Positions 36,404 through 45,085 of a stretch of 45,085 bases of DNA are shown one piece after another. The stretch covers positions 1-45,085 of IMG/VR virus record IMGVR_UViG_3300037048_000158. One strand, given 5' to 3'. The notes below the pieces were generated by a model. The model had not been told where the DNA came from. It worked only from the letters and a program-made list of their open reading frames with translations, and did not search any database. This DNA comes from a virus. Lineage: Duplodnaviria > Caudoviricetes. Numbering within the stretch: the stretch's first letter is position 1; each line of letters begins with the position of its first letter. Position numbers and translations under genes: made by a program.

Positions 36404-37035
36404 ATACTTGAAGGTTTACCGGTTACACTTAAAACTTTGAAACGAATTGCCCATACCCATGGGTTTGCATCCCAGGAACCGGCACCGTTAATTTTATTCC
36501 ATAGTGATTTGAAAGATTGTTTTTCATTGTAAGTACAACGGTTTTCAAATTCATAATCTCTGAATGCTGCCCCAATTTGCTTAATACCTTCGCTTCTGCA
36601 GTCCTCTCTTGAAATATCCTGTAACCTTTCAATGGAGATATCTGTATTCTGAAGCCATATCCTGGCGATTTCTTTAGGCATGTGAATAGATGGTTTCCAT
36701 TTGAAATCATCGCGACAAATTAATTTAGAATCAATGTTTCTATACTTCTCAGGTATTGAAGCATAGTACCAGTATTTTGCAGGATAATTGCCGCCCTCAT
36801 ACTCAAAAGCCTCATTAAGCCTGAATTTTTCTCTGACATAAAGAAGATCACCAACACCGCCAAAAGGTGAAAATGAAAGAATATAATCCGGAAATTCTTT
36901 AAGCCATTTCTTGAGATCAACTTTATCGAGATCAGATGCCAGGCGTGGAGCGTCTTTAAAGATTCTCCTGGTCATTGTTTTTCTCTCTATAGCCTGTACC
37001 ATTTCCGGGCTGAATAAAATAGGGCTCTCTTTCAT
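36400..37035 (-). CDS. ASCH/PUA-like conserved phage protein
   Basis: PILF...MV.A....KT.TRR, GDLLYVRE, WKPSIHMP..ARI.L and W..NPWVW motifs. Confidence 0.75.
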   Translation of the reverse strand: MKESPILFSPEMVQAIERKTMTRRIFKDAPRLASDLDKVDLKKWLKEFPDYILSFSPFGGVGDLLYVREKFRLNEAFEYEGGNYPAKYWYYASIPEKYRNIDSKLICRDDFKWKPSIHMPKEIARIWLQNTDISIERLQDISREDCRSEGIKQIGAAFRDYEFENRCTYNEKQSFKSLWNKINGAGSWDANPWVWAIRFKVLSVTGKPSSI

Positions 37036-37454
37036 ACTGTTACGGCCTCCTTGCCGGTTAATGATTTTAAGAATTCACGGGTTTCTTTGATTGCTCTTTC
37101 ATTTGCAAAGTTTTGGGATGAAGATCCTACCCATACATCTGATCCATCAAGAAGATTGACTAATTTCTCAGTAAGTCCGAGAAGTTTATCATATTTTTCT
37201 TTCAGGTTATAACAGCCAACCATCTCCGGATCATCCACTGAAAAGTCTGATATAAATTTGTCTGGCTGATTGTTAACCTTAATGGTTATAAAGTCTTCAC
37301 ATTCATTCCTGGTATCGAACTTATCGAAACTGTAAACCATAAATGTGCTGCCGGTGTAGGTAACAATCTCCCATTTCCCGCTTTTCGGCTGGCGCCTGGC
37401 CCGTAGGATAGTCTTACCTTCTTTTATCCGCTCTAATCGTTGTTCTCTGGTCAT
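37032..37454 (-). CDS. Hypothetical early protein
   Basis: ATGA overlap with the next gene. Confidence 0.55.
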   Translation of the reverse strand: MTREQRLERIKEGKTILRARRQPKSGKWEIVTYTGSTFMVYSFDKFDTRNECEDFITIKVNNQPDKFISDFSVDDPEMVGCYNLKEKYDKLLGLTEKLVNLLDGSDVWVGSSSQNFANERAIKETREFLKSLTGKEAVTV

Positions 37455-37467
37455 TTTGTTTAATGGG

Positions 37468-37728
37468 TTACTGTTTTACATATACCCGGCCATCAGCGAT
37501 CCAGGGCATGAATTTTTCTATTACTCCGGGCTTTGAAGTGTGCACTTCAAAATGGTTGCTATGGTAACTATGTACCAGGAAGATAATGCCGGGTATCTCA
37601 ATTCCACGTGAATCGGTAAATTCAGACAGTGTGGCTACTTTCATGCCTGAGGGGAGGGTTTCGTATACCCATCGGTTAAATGCGCTTTTGTAGGCCACCG
37701 GAGCGGCTATGGTTGCTGTTTGGCTCAT
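37468..37728 (-). CDS. Hypothetical early protein
   Basis: ATGA overlap with the upstream gene. Confidence 0.55.
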   Translation of the reverse strand: MSQTATIAAPVAYKSAFNRWVYETLPSGMKVATLSEFTDSRGIEIPGIIFLVHSYHSNHFEVHTSKPGVIEKFMPWIADGRVYVKQ

Positions 37729-38201
37729 AATATTGCGTATTGAACTGAGTAATTATGCGTTTTAAGCAATTTTTTTAATTGCCTGGACCCGCTGATCAGG
37801 GTCTCTTGATCAGCAGTGATTGAAACTACCCTGCTTTTGGTTTCAAGCCGGATCTCTTTTTCGCGTAACCGGTAGTGAAGGTTATATCGCTGTTTTCGTG
37901 GTATCCAGTTTTGACTGAATTTTATTGCTTCCTGATGGGCCTGGTCGTACATTGCACGAAACCGTTTATCTGTATCGTACATATTGCACGCATTACGGTA
38001 TGCATTGCCGGCTGTATTGTGCGATTTGCGATCGTATAACCTGCAGAGCCGGTTGAAGGAATACTTGAGTAAATCGTGGTTTATTTTGATGGCCGCTGCG
38101 CGTGCCAAAAGGATGTGATCCACTTGACTGTGACTGTGTAAAACCTTTGCTTTTACACCAAAATTCCTTGCTATAATTCTGTCTGTATCCTGATAGTTCA
38201 T
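37725..38201 (-). CDS. DnaA domain IV-like HTH protein
   Basis: IIARNFGV...L.S......ILLAR..A......L.YS...L.RLY.RKSHNTA..A resembles the DnaA C-terminal pattern. Confidence 0.55.
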   Translation of the reverse strand: MNYQDTDRIIARNFGVKAKVLHSHSQVDHILLARAAAIKINHDLLKYSFNRLCRLYDRKSHNTAGNAYRNACNMYDTDKRFRAMYDQAHQEAIKFSQNWIPRKQRYNLHYRLREKEIRLETKSRVVSITADQETLISGSRQLKKLLKTHNYSVQYAIL

Positions 38202-38213
38202 GGCTTTAAATTG

Positions 38214-38468
38214 CTAATTCAACATTGCGTGACCTTGCCGGCAGACTCCGCCGAAATTGCTCACCTGGTCACCAATTATGATATCATGTTTTGGCGACCG
38301 GGTTACATCTGTAACATTCCAGCAATCATCATAGACATTCCACCGAAGATCACCTTCCTGAATCTTTCCAGATGTGACAATAATATATCCCTCCGGAAGG
38401 GTTTCCTGCTGTAGCTGCAGCTTTGTTTTTTCTTGTAGGAACATGGCCATTTTATTACCAGAAACCAA
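38214..38468 (-). CDS. Hypothetical early protein
   Basis: Operon context; start uncertain. Confidence 0.45.
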   Translation of the reverse strand: MVSGNKMAMFLQEKTKLQLQQETLPEGYIIVTSGKIQEGDLRWNVYDDCWNVTDVTRSPKHDIIIGDQVSNFGGVCRQGHAMLN

Positions 38469-38655
38469 TCTCCTCCTGATATTCTACAATCTCATCAAGC
38501 ATTTCCTGCAGACGATCAGTCCGCTCCTGGTACTCTTCTCCTTTTTCTGATTCCTGCCATTTTTCAGACTTATTGTTAAATGATTCTTCGCGTTTTTCGA
38601 TCTCTGTAGTCAGAGATTGCTGCAGATTTTCAAATCGTTCAATGATTTTTTTCAT
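38455..38655 (-). CDS. Small acidic coiled-coil protein
   Basis: SEKWQESEKGEEYQ motif; Glu-rich. Confidence 0.6.
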   Translation of the reverse strand: MKKIIERFENLQQSLTTEIEKREESFNNKSEKWQESEKGEEYQERTDRLQEMLDEIVEYQEEIGFW

Positions 38656-38679
38656 GTTGATTTGGTTTAAAAATTACAA

Positions 38680-41600
38680 TTAAAATGGAGGTTTATCATC
38701 GTATTCAAGGGGGGGCGGGGGTTGGCCGGCCGGATCGGATTTTTTGCCTGGTCTGGTACTGGAGATATAGATAAGCTCGCGTGTTTCGTTGTCGATGGTT
38801 TTCATGATCCGGCGATTGGTAAGATCTGTACACACCGACTCCGGATTGAGTTCATAATCGTTATACTCACACCAGGCATCCAGATGCTTTTTAAACTTAG
38901 CAGCTTTATAATCGTGCTTTTGTTTTTGTGTCAGCGTATCAGTGAAATTATCGAAGGCGTTTTTCTTGATTACGTACGTGTTGAAATAGCCATTTTCGAT
39001 CGGTGAAAAGTCTGAAGTAAAACCGGTCGGCCGATTAATGAAGTAATCATTTGCCCATTTCAGAAATTCTTCATCACGTCCAAGTCCCTGAGACATGATT
39101 CTGCGCAACTGACGTTTTTCGATATTCCCTGCAGGTGGCTGAATTTTATAGAATCTCATCTGCATCTGGACGCAATAAGCCATGAAATTGTAAAACTTAA
39201 CCCACTCTTCATCTGTGAAATCATCGTACAGACGGCGCCCGAATTTCGTGAGCGGTGATCTCGTTTCACGGTAGTCGTTGTATTTTGTTTTCTCATGATA
39301 ATAATCAGATACCATGCAATACACTATACGGCCGATGGTGGAGGCATCGACATTCTGAAGCTCGAAATTGCTCGAGAATGACATTTTCCCGGAATCAGGA
39401 TACTCGAGCGTTGTTGCTGCGTAGTTTTTCGGGTTTATCTTCCGGTTCCCGGTGATCTCAGTATAGAAGTTATTGAAAAGAGCGTATTCGTGAAGGTCAT
39501 CAACCTGGATGTAATCGTGAAATTCTGTGTAACCGTCATAAATAAACTCGAAAGCCTTTTCGAGATTCAGCGCACGGCCGCCGATATAGAAGGATGCCCG
39601 GCAGAATGTGGGCGCCATCTGCAAAAGACTTTTACCCGATCGGCCTGATGCCTGGCCTATTTCAGAAATCTTTGCATCCTGCAGGAATGTTACCCATGGT
39701 TTTCCGCGATCCTTATACTGTGAAGCATGATATCCGAGAAAAAACATCTGGTTGATCAGGCAAAGATTCTGTTCTTTTATCTCAATGTCTGTAAGCTTCT
39801 GTTTTTCTCCTTTTTCATTCTTTTCTTCAGTAGCTTTCCGCCAGTGTATTGCGGAAATGTCCTGCAGGAATTTCACATAAATGAAATCGGGATCGCTAAT
39901 TTTAAGTTCATACTTATCGATTTCTGCGATGAGAGCGATCTCATTATTTATCTCGAGTATTTTTTCTTCATCTTTTTCATTTGCCAGTTTATCAAGCAAA
40001 ATTTTAAATGCCGGCGTTGCATTCACTTCAATTGCCGGATGTTCGTTAACCCTGATATCCCTGTCGATCAGATGGGTTATTGGTTGATTGTTAACTATGA
40101 GTTTACCTAGGATATAATTCGGCAGATCGCTGTGTGGAATTTTATCGATTTTATCTTTCCGGATCCTGATTGATCCGTTGTTGAAGTTCAGATATTCAGT
40201 GTCTGAAGAATGATTCCGGAAGTCAAGATTTACGCGCCTGATGGTTGCCAGTTGTTCTTCAGATAGCTGATTTGAACCAATGATCTTGTTCAGGATTTTC
40301 TTTATGTCCATCAGCTTACGGCTTTCAACCCACTCCATGGTGAAGCGTTTTGCAATACGTTTAAAATCATCCGGACTGATCAGCTCCACAACTTTACCGG
40401 TAATCCTTACATAGCAGTAACCGGCCCGTTTGTGGTAGATGCTGTCCATTTGATGGAAGCCATTGGCACGCAGGAAGAAGTAATAATCCTGCATGTCGAT
40501 GTTATAGTTTACCTGCTGTGATTTTTTGTCTTTGCTTTTCCACCAGAATTTGACCTTTTTGGCATTGTTTTTTAATACCAGGAAATCGTAACGGGTTGCA
40601 TCAAAATCATCTCCGGAGAGATTGATAAAGTCTTTGAGATCCTTACAGGGATTGCCTCTGAAATCCCTTTTAAACTTCAACCATGTGGGAAGTTCGATTG
40701 TATATAGACTGATATGCTTTAACGCGTTTTTCATTGCCTGTTCCTGCCCGGTCGTGTCGAGATCCATAACCTGGTAATGATTTTCGCACATTAGATCGAG
40801 CATTTTGAAAGTTGGGTAATCAAGATCGGCAGATTCAGAATTGAGCCAGTAAACGTGAAAGCCGAGCGCGGCCAAATTGAGCGCATCCGATTCGCCTGAA
40901 CAGCGAAACAGATCCACCACCCTTGCTTCTGGCTTTTCTTCCGGAGCGACTACGCCACCGTTTTCATCATCATCGGTAAACTCGCTTTTTGCTTTCTCAA
41001 GCTGCTTGAGTCCGTACACATATTCTTTCGGCTTTTTGCCGACATATAGAAACCGGTTTTTTTTCTCCTGGTCGTGTGGCTTGTATAGCTTTTTGAAATC
41101 GCCATAGTCGAAAAGGAACATTGGATAATCGTCAGTCGCCTTGAATATATGAACTACATCGCGGTTAAGCTTTTTTGACGGACCGCAATACTCATACTGA
41201 AGGATTGGTTTGCAATTAAAGTGATCGAGTATATCTTTGGTTACATACCTCCCGATGGATGACAATTCCTTTTCGGTAATTGTTTCTTTAAAAGAAAAAT
41301 TGTAATCTCCTTTTTTGTCATCCGGAGTCATTTCACGCATATCGTATTCTGCCGACCATTTACTCCGGACAAAGTCTTTACCCTCGACTTTACGGTTTAT
41401 GATACACTGCTCGATATAAAGCAGAGAATCATAATATGGAAGCTGTTCGCGCCAGACAACAAAATCAATGGCACGCATGCCGTTTACCTGATCCTGATTG
41501 CCGAAATCTGTGATCCGCCAGTAACCCTGATACCATGTTATTCTAGCGCTGGCTGTTTTCTCGCTTTCGCGGATCTTAACAAACGTTTTTGGATTGCGCA

Positions 41601-41685
41601 AATCATCGCCCGGGAAGTAGTGCTGGAATATGATGAGTCCGGCATCGGTAGCTTCGTAAATCTTTTCCTGGTCAATGTATCTCAT
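38680..41685 (-). CDS. Primase-helicase replication protein (TOPRIM plus P-loop NTPase)
   Basis: TOPRIM CSGESDAL, DLDTTG and KDLKD motifs; Walker A GRSGKS; Walker B IQVDD; SSNF sensor. Confidence 0.85.
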   Translation of the reverse strand: MRYIDQEKIYEATDAGLIIFQHYFPGDDLRNPKTFVKIRESEKTASARITWYQGYWRITDFGNQDQVNGMRAIDFVVWREQLPYYDSLLYIEQCIINRKVEGKDFVRSKWSAEYDMREMTPDDKKGDYNFSFKETITEKELSSIGRYVTKDILDHFNCKPILQYEYCGPSKKLNRDVVHIFKATDDYPMFLFDYGDFKKLYKPHDQEKKNRFLYVGKKPKEYVYGLKQLEKAKSEFTDDDENGGVVAPEEKPEARVVDLFRCSGESDALNLAALGFHVYWLNSESADLDYPTFKMLDLMCENHYQVMDLDTTGQEQAMKNALKHISLYTIELPTWLKFKRDFRGNPCKDLKDFINLSGDDFDATRYDFLVLKNNAKKVKFWWKSKDKKSQQVNYNIDMQDYYFFLRANGFHQMDSIYHKRAGYCYVRITGKVVELISPDDFKRIAKRFTMEWVESRKLMDIKKILNKIIGSNQLSEEQLATIRRVNLDFRNHSSDTEYLNFNNGSIRIRKDKIDKIPHSDLPNYILGKLIVNNQPITHLIDRDIRVNEHPAIEVNATPAFKILLDKLANEKDEEKILEINNEIALIAEIDKYELKISDPDFIYVKFLQDISAIHWRKATEEKNEKGEKQKLTDIEIKEQNLCLINQMFFLGYHASQYKDRGKPWVTFLQDAKISEIGQASGRSGKSLLQMAPTFCRASFYIGGRALNLEKAFEFIYDGYTEFHDYIQVDDLHEYALFNNFYTEITGNRKINPKNYAATTLEYPDSGKMSFSSNFELQNVDASTIGRIVYCMVSDYYHEKTKYNDYRETRSPLTKFGRRLYDDFTDEEWVKFYNFMAYCVQMQMRFYKIQPPAGNIEKRQLRRIMSQGLGRDEEFLKWANDYFINRPTGFTSDFSPIENGYFNTYVIKKNAFDNFTDTLTQKQKHDYKAAKFKKHLDAWCEYNDYELNPESVCTDLTNRRIMKTIDNETRELIYISSTRPGKKSDPAGQPPPPLEYDDKPPF

Positions 41686-42001
41686 TCGTGGTAGTCTCAG
41701 GCGTTTCTGATGATAGAGTTGCTGTAGCCATTTCAGTTTCTGAAGCTTGAGTAATATTTTCTAAAGCTGAAACCTGGACTTTCTGTATTTGCGCAGTAAA
41801 CTTTTTGAATGTTTTAAATTCTTCGAACATTACATAATCGTGATTGCTCATAGAAATAATCACTGCCTGGCTGTCAGGATTTGAAAAGCTATTGCGTAAA
41901 ATGCGGAGACTCTCAATGATTGATTCAATAATATCAATTTCAGCGGGTTCTTTACCAACCTTCATTTCCTGAAGGTGCTTAATCCTATCCTGTATAGTCA
42001 T
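41672..42001 (-). CDS. Hypothetical early protein
   Basis: Operon context. Confidence 0.55.
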   Translation of the reverse strand: MTIQDRIKHLQEMKVGKEPAEIDIIESIIESLRILRNSFSNPDSQAVIISMSNHDYVMFEEFKTFKKFTAQIQKVQVSALENITQASETEMATATLSSETPETTTNEIH

Positions 42002-42002
42002 T

Positions 42003-42182
42003 CTAGTAAGTTATTTTAAAGGTTCCGTTTTTCCAGGATACATCATCCCTCAGCTGTGATCTTTTTAGCTGAAGCGAAGCAAATGAGCCAGACGCTACTA
42101 CTACTTCGCGTCTGGTTCCGGTTTCAATCCATATCAGGCGGCCTGTCGCAGGCTTCCTGATGGGTGGTTGGTAAGATTTCAT
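42003..42182 (-). CDS. 59-aa basic hypothetical protein (not in ORF track)
   Basis: MKSYQPPIRK...KNGTFKITY; stop lies 1 nt before the next ATG; overlaps the upstream ORF by 59 nt. Confidence 0.45.
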   Translation of the reverse strand: MKSYQPPIRKPATGRLIWIETGTRREVVVASGSFASLQLKRSQLRDDVSWKNGTFKITY

Positions 42183-42357
42183 CGATTACCTCATTTAAGA
42201 TTTCAAGTCCTTTGGTCCAGAAATGCTTCATATGCGGGAAATCATCACGGCTAAGCAGCCTTGTATAGTGTACTTTCATTTGTATAAGCTGCAGGAAGCC
42301 GAATTGCCTTAGAAAAGGCCTTACATTCTCCAATTGCGGACCGCCAGGTTTATCCAT
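42124..42357 (-). CDS. Hypothetical early protein
   Basis: Operon context. Confidence 0.5.
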   Translation of the reverse strand: MDKPGGPQLENVRPFLRQFGFLQLIQMKVHYTRLLSRDDFPHMKHFWTKGLEILNEVIDEILPTTHQEACDRPPDMD

Positions 42358-42550
42358 TGTCCTGATTGCTGAGAATTTCTCTAAGAACAGTAATAAAGTC
42401 CTCGTTTTCTTTTATTTTAATGTTCAGCACATCAATCCTGGTATGATCCTTTTCGATGACCCGGGCAGTTTGCATGGCGAATGTTGCTATTTCAGTATTT
42501 TCGAGTATTGTCCTGATCATAGGACCTGAGGCGATTCGTAGTTCCTGCAT
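42350..42550 (-). CDS. Hypothetical early protein
   Basis: TAATG translational coupling. Confidence 0.55.
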   Translation of the reverse strand: MQELRIASGPMIRTILENTEIATFAMQTARVIEKDHTRIDVLNIKIKENEDFITVLREILSNQDNG

Positions 42551-42726
42551 TATTTAGTAGTATTTACTTCGTGAATGTGGAATTCTACATCGGATGTTTT
42601 GGTAATAATGTTTTTCAGATTCTGCCGGGCTTCCGATTCATCGATAGCCTGGATCTCGGTTACGTTGGGATATTCGTCACCATTTACCGTAATAGAGTAC
42701 TTTACTTTGTAGGTTTTGAGTTCCAT
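42550..42726 (-). CDS. 58-aa hypothetical protein (not in ORF track)
   Basis: MELKTYKVKY...EVNTTK fills the gap and is coupled on both sides. Confidence 0.6.
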   Translation of the reverse strand: MELKTYKVKYSITVNGDEYPNVTEIQAIDESEARQNLKNIITKTSDVEFHIHEVNTTK

Positions 42727-42728
42727 GT

Positions 42729-43085
42729 TTAAGCCTCCTTCATTGATAGTTCACGCATACCATCTTTAAATTCGCCGATTTCAAACCTGAATGATTTGTC
42801 GTATTTCTGATAGTTTTCGCACAGTACAGTATGCATACCTCTATTGATAAGATTTGCCCCTTTGTTGTTGACTGTTCTAATTAGAAATCCAGAAGCTGCT
42901 ACATCCTTGTAGAATATTTTATTATCCTTCAGGATAATTTGAAACATGGTACCTTCTTTTAGCACCAGGCGTTTTGTCGCTGCCATGTTAAATGATACAT
43001 TCATTTTTGAAATAATACACATAGCAGGTTTGTTACGTGTTTCGGCTTCAGTGGCCAACTCAGGGGTGATAATCAGTTCTTTCAT
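42729..43085 (-). CDS. Hypothetical early protein
   Basis: A-rich start. Confidence 0.6.
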   Translation of the reverse strand: MKELIITPELATEAETRNKPAMCIISKMNVSFNMAATKRLVLKEGTMFQIILKDNKIFYKDVAASGFLIRTVNNKGANLINRGMHTVLCENYQKYDKSFRFEIGEFKDGMRELSMKEA

Positions 43086-43122
43086 TTTTTTTTGTTTTGG
43101 CGTGGGGACGCAGGTTTGACAT

Positions 43123-43311
43123 TTATTTAGTGATCACATCGTAATTGTCAGGCCATACGACGCAGTCATATCTTGATCCGTAGTAGTGTTTCTCAAAGTA
43201 CATTGCACCAGTTTTACCCATCCTGTCCGGAGTTGCTTCAACGACATCACCTGATTTTATTCCCAGGGAAGTCAATTCGCTAATCAATTCACCCTTGAGT
43301 TCTATTTTCAT
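43123..43311 (-). CDS. Small SH3-like hypothetical protein
   Basis: ATGA overlap with the upstream gene. Confidence 0.55.
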   Translation of the reverse strand: MKIELKGELISELTSLGIKSGDVVEATPDRMGKTGAMYFEKHYYGSRYDCVVWPDNYDVITK

Positions 43312-43850
43312 TTTACAAGCTTATTATTGAAAGCGTAAGAAATAAGGAGCCTGTCAGGATGCGAGGATCCAGACAATCCGAGCTTATTATAAATATTCGT
43401 GATGTGGTTATGCGCCGTGGCCCGGCTGATGAATAACTGATCTGCGATCGCAGATTCATTTAACCCCATAGCAAACAATTCTACTACCTCTATTTCCCGG
43501 GATGACAGATCACTTTCATACTTACAGTACTGGAGTAAACATTTATGTCTTAACGGGCAACAAACACGCTCTGTTATTATAATGAAATCATCAGTAATAT
43601 CAGGCCGGCCATCACGGGTTGAGAAATTGCATGCTGAAAAATCAAAAACCCTTTTGTATGCATTTTGCGGTCCATATCCGCACGATAAACAGAGATCGAC
43701 ATAAATACCTGGTCTGTGTTCAGCAATGGCAGCATCAAGATGCTGAATGAACTCATGTTTCATTTCGTCGAGCCTTCGAACTTCACTAGATTCCAAATCC
43801 TCGACAAGTAACATTGTGCATTGTTGGTTCCAATATATTTCGAAACTCAT
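43308..43850 (-). CDS. LuxR-type HTH regulator with Cys-rich N-terminal domain
   Basis: LSSREIEVVELFAMG....IADQLFISRATAHNHITNIYNKLG; CCPLRHKC. Confidence 0.85.
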   Translation of the reverse strand: MSFEIYWNQQCTMLLVEDLESSEVRRLDEMKHEFIQHLDAAIAEHRPGIYVDLCLSCGYGPQNAYKRVFDFSACNFSTRDGRPDITDDFIIITERVCCPLRHKCLLQYCKYESDLSSREIEVVELFAMGLNESAIADQLFISRATAHNHITNIYNKLGLSGSSHPDRLLISYAFNNKLVK

Positions 43851-44086
43851 GCTACCAAATTGTTTACAAGATCAAATATGTGCTTATGATAAACCTCTTC
43901 AAGCTTTACGCGCTCAAGAGATGACCACGTGTCATCTTTCATTTTATTATAAAATGATTTCTGTGATATCTCGAGCGCTTTCATTATTTCATCCCGGAGT
44001 GCCCCCTTCAACTTTTCTGAAAGCTCATAATAATCTATGAAGCTCATTTTCACACTCTTTTTGCTTTTCTCTTGCATTTTTGACAT
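43847..44086 (-). CDS. Cro-like HTH protein
   Basis: Divergent from the repressor; IMKALEISQKSFYNKM helix-turn-helix. Confidence 0.65.
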   Translation of the reverse strand: MSKMQEKSKKSVKMSFIDYYELSEKLKGALRDEIMKALEISQKSFYNKMKDDTWSSLERVKLEEVYHKHIFDLVNNLVA

Positions 44087-44089
44087 TTT

Positions 44090-44175
44090 TAGTGTACTTT
44101 TTACAATGCAAATATACTATTGAAATCTCAAAATGCAATATAAATAGTGCGATTGGGAGATAAATAGTGCAATTT
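44090..44175. promoter_or_regulatory. Immunity switch region: leftward -7 TATATTTG and TAAATAGTGC repeats
   Basis: caaatata at 44109..44116; TAAATAGTGC at 44141 and 44161; related TAGTGTAC at 44090. Confidence 0.6.
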
Positions 44176-44556
44176 ATAAACATTCTAAATATTACTACTT
44201 TGGACTACAGTAAGATACGTGTGCTTATGATGCATAATAATTTTTCAGAGCGAAAATTGGCTACTGAAATAGGAATGTCTAATACAGGGTTCAGGACAGC
44301 ATTAGAGCGAAAGACACTAAGGATAGATCATCTTGAGAAAATTAGTGCTGTATTTGATGTTCCTGTTACCTATTTTTTTAATGAATCGAATGAGATTATT
44401 GAATCTAAACCAGGGAAAAAATGCATGGATTGCGTTTCAAAAGATGGCAAAATTGAATTATTGACTAAAATGATCAAAGAAAAGGAGGAGATGATAAAGC
44501 AATTACACATTGATTTGGGACGAAATGCGCCCGGTAAGAGTGGCAAGGTCGCCTAA
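44167..44556 (+). CDS. CI-like XRE HTH repressor (no S24 peptidase domain)
   Basis: SERKLATEIGMSNTGF...LEKISAVFDVPVTYFF; C-terminal CxxC plus coiled coil; the true start may be TTG at 44200. Confidence 0.82.
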   Translation: MQFINILNITTLDYSKIRVLMMHNNFSERKLATEIGMSNTGFRTALERKTLRIDHLEKISAVFDVPVTYFFNESNEIIESKPGKKCMDCVSKDGKIELLTKMIKEKEEMIKQLHIDLGRNAPGKSGKVA

Positions 44557-44675
44557 TTTGGTTCTTGTTCATAGTGCTGGGATAGTCTTAAAAGATTAAT
44601 ATGAGCGTCAGGATGGGGGATGCTCCTGAAGCAATCAAAACAGGCCGGTTTTATCGGGTCATTAAAATCTGAATT

Positions 44676-44879
44676 ATGGAAATAAATGCAGATTTAACAG
44701 CGATTGCAGCACTTGCCTACAGTCAGCTAACAGATGAGGAAAAACAGACTATTACAACAGACTATTTCTATCTGTTGACAGAGTCTGTTAAAAAAGAGAA
44801 AAATGATATGATTCCTGCAGAACGTCGGTTTATAGACCTCGCCCAGGAATTCACCTTTAAACTATTGTCTCAGACATAA
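44676..44879 (+). CDS. Small hypothetical protein next to attR
   Basis: 67-aa ORF only. Confidence 0.45.
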   Translation: MEINADLTAIAALAYSQLTDEEKQTITTDYFYLLTESVKKEKNDMIPAERRFIDLAQEFTFKLLSQT

Positions 44880-44932
44880 ATCAGATTTACGAGACAGTTT
44901 CAGACAAATCAGACAAAAATAATTTATTGATT
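44870..44932 (+). promoter_or_regulatory. Candidate arm-type sites (TCAGACA x3) and an IHF-type site
   Basis: TCAGACA at 44870, 44900 and 44909; the reverse complement of 44920..44932 is AATCAATAAATTA (WATCAANNNNTTR). Confidence 0.6.
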
Positions 44933-44958
44933 TAAAGTTCATTATGAGTGTTTAACGA

Positions 44959-44978
44959 GAGTCTCCTTATCCGCACAA
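44959..44978 (+). repeat. attR core
   Basis: Exact copy of 87..106. Confidence 0.95.
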
Positions 44979-44981
44979 GAT

Positions 44982-45009
44982 AAACACCCGCGCAAGCGGG
45001 TGTTTGTTT
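44982..45009 (+). terminator. Terminator-like hairpin downstream of attR (probably the displaced tRNA terminator)
   Basis: AAACACCCGC-GCAA-GCGGGTGTTT-GTTT. Confidence 0.8.
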
Positions 45010-45051
45010 CTAAATATTACATGACGAGAAGTCAACCCCGCCAACGGCGGG

Positions 45052-45085
45052 GAGTCTCCTTATCCGTAAAAGAAATACACCCGCG
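45052..45085 (+). repeat. Degenerate extra copy of the att core and terminator start
   Basis: GAGTCTCCTTATCCG-TAAAAGAAATACACCCGCG versus ...CCG-CACAAGATAAACACCCGCG. Confidence 0.75.

Larger units (their letters stand above)
87..44978. mobile_element. Integrated temperate prophage (siphovirus-like), apparently intact
   Basis: 20-bp direct repeat at both ends, adjacent integrase, and lysis, tail, head, packaging, replication and immunity modules with no obvious frameshifts. Confidence 0.95.

Overview
The window is almost entirely one apparently complete ~44.9-kb temperate tailed prophage (siphovirus-like) of a Bacteroidota host, judged from TAnnTTTG promoters and A-rich translation starts. It is integrated at the 3' end of tRNA-Leu(TAG) and bounded by a 20-bp attL/attR direct repeat (87..106 / 44959..44978). 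From left to right it carries: tyrosine integrase (+); lysis cassette (u-spanin-like lipoprotein, holin-like protein, M23 endolysin); tail, fibre and tape-measure genes; head-tail and portal genes; a ~6-kb accessory island wedged between portal and terminase; terminase; a PLD-like protein; major tail and major capsid proteins; S49 protease/scaffold; an iteron-rich origin; early genes with a 1001-aa primase-helicase; and a cro/cI-like switch. The most interesting signals are regulatory. (i) A C4-like cloverleaf RNA is complementary to the start region of an unannotated leader ORF that runs through it, upstream of an antirepressor operon. (ii) A TACAAT-N3-ATTGTA palindrome sits on four island promoters. 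(iii) A phage-specific promoter motif, GTCCTTTA-N19-TAnnnTTG, occurs five times with fixed spacing. The island also carries a DUF5678-like/retropepsin protease pair and an ArdC-N/SymE/zinc-ribbon operon. Protein family calls come from motif recognition by eye; no searches were run.
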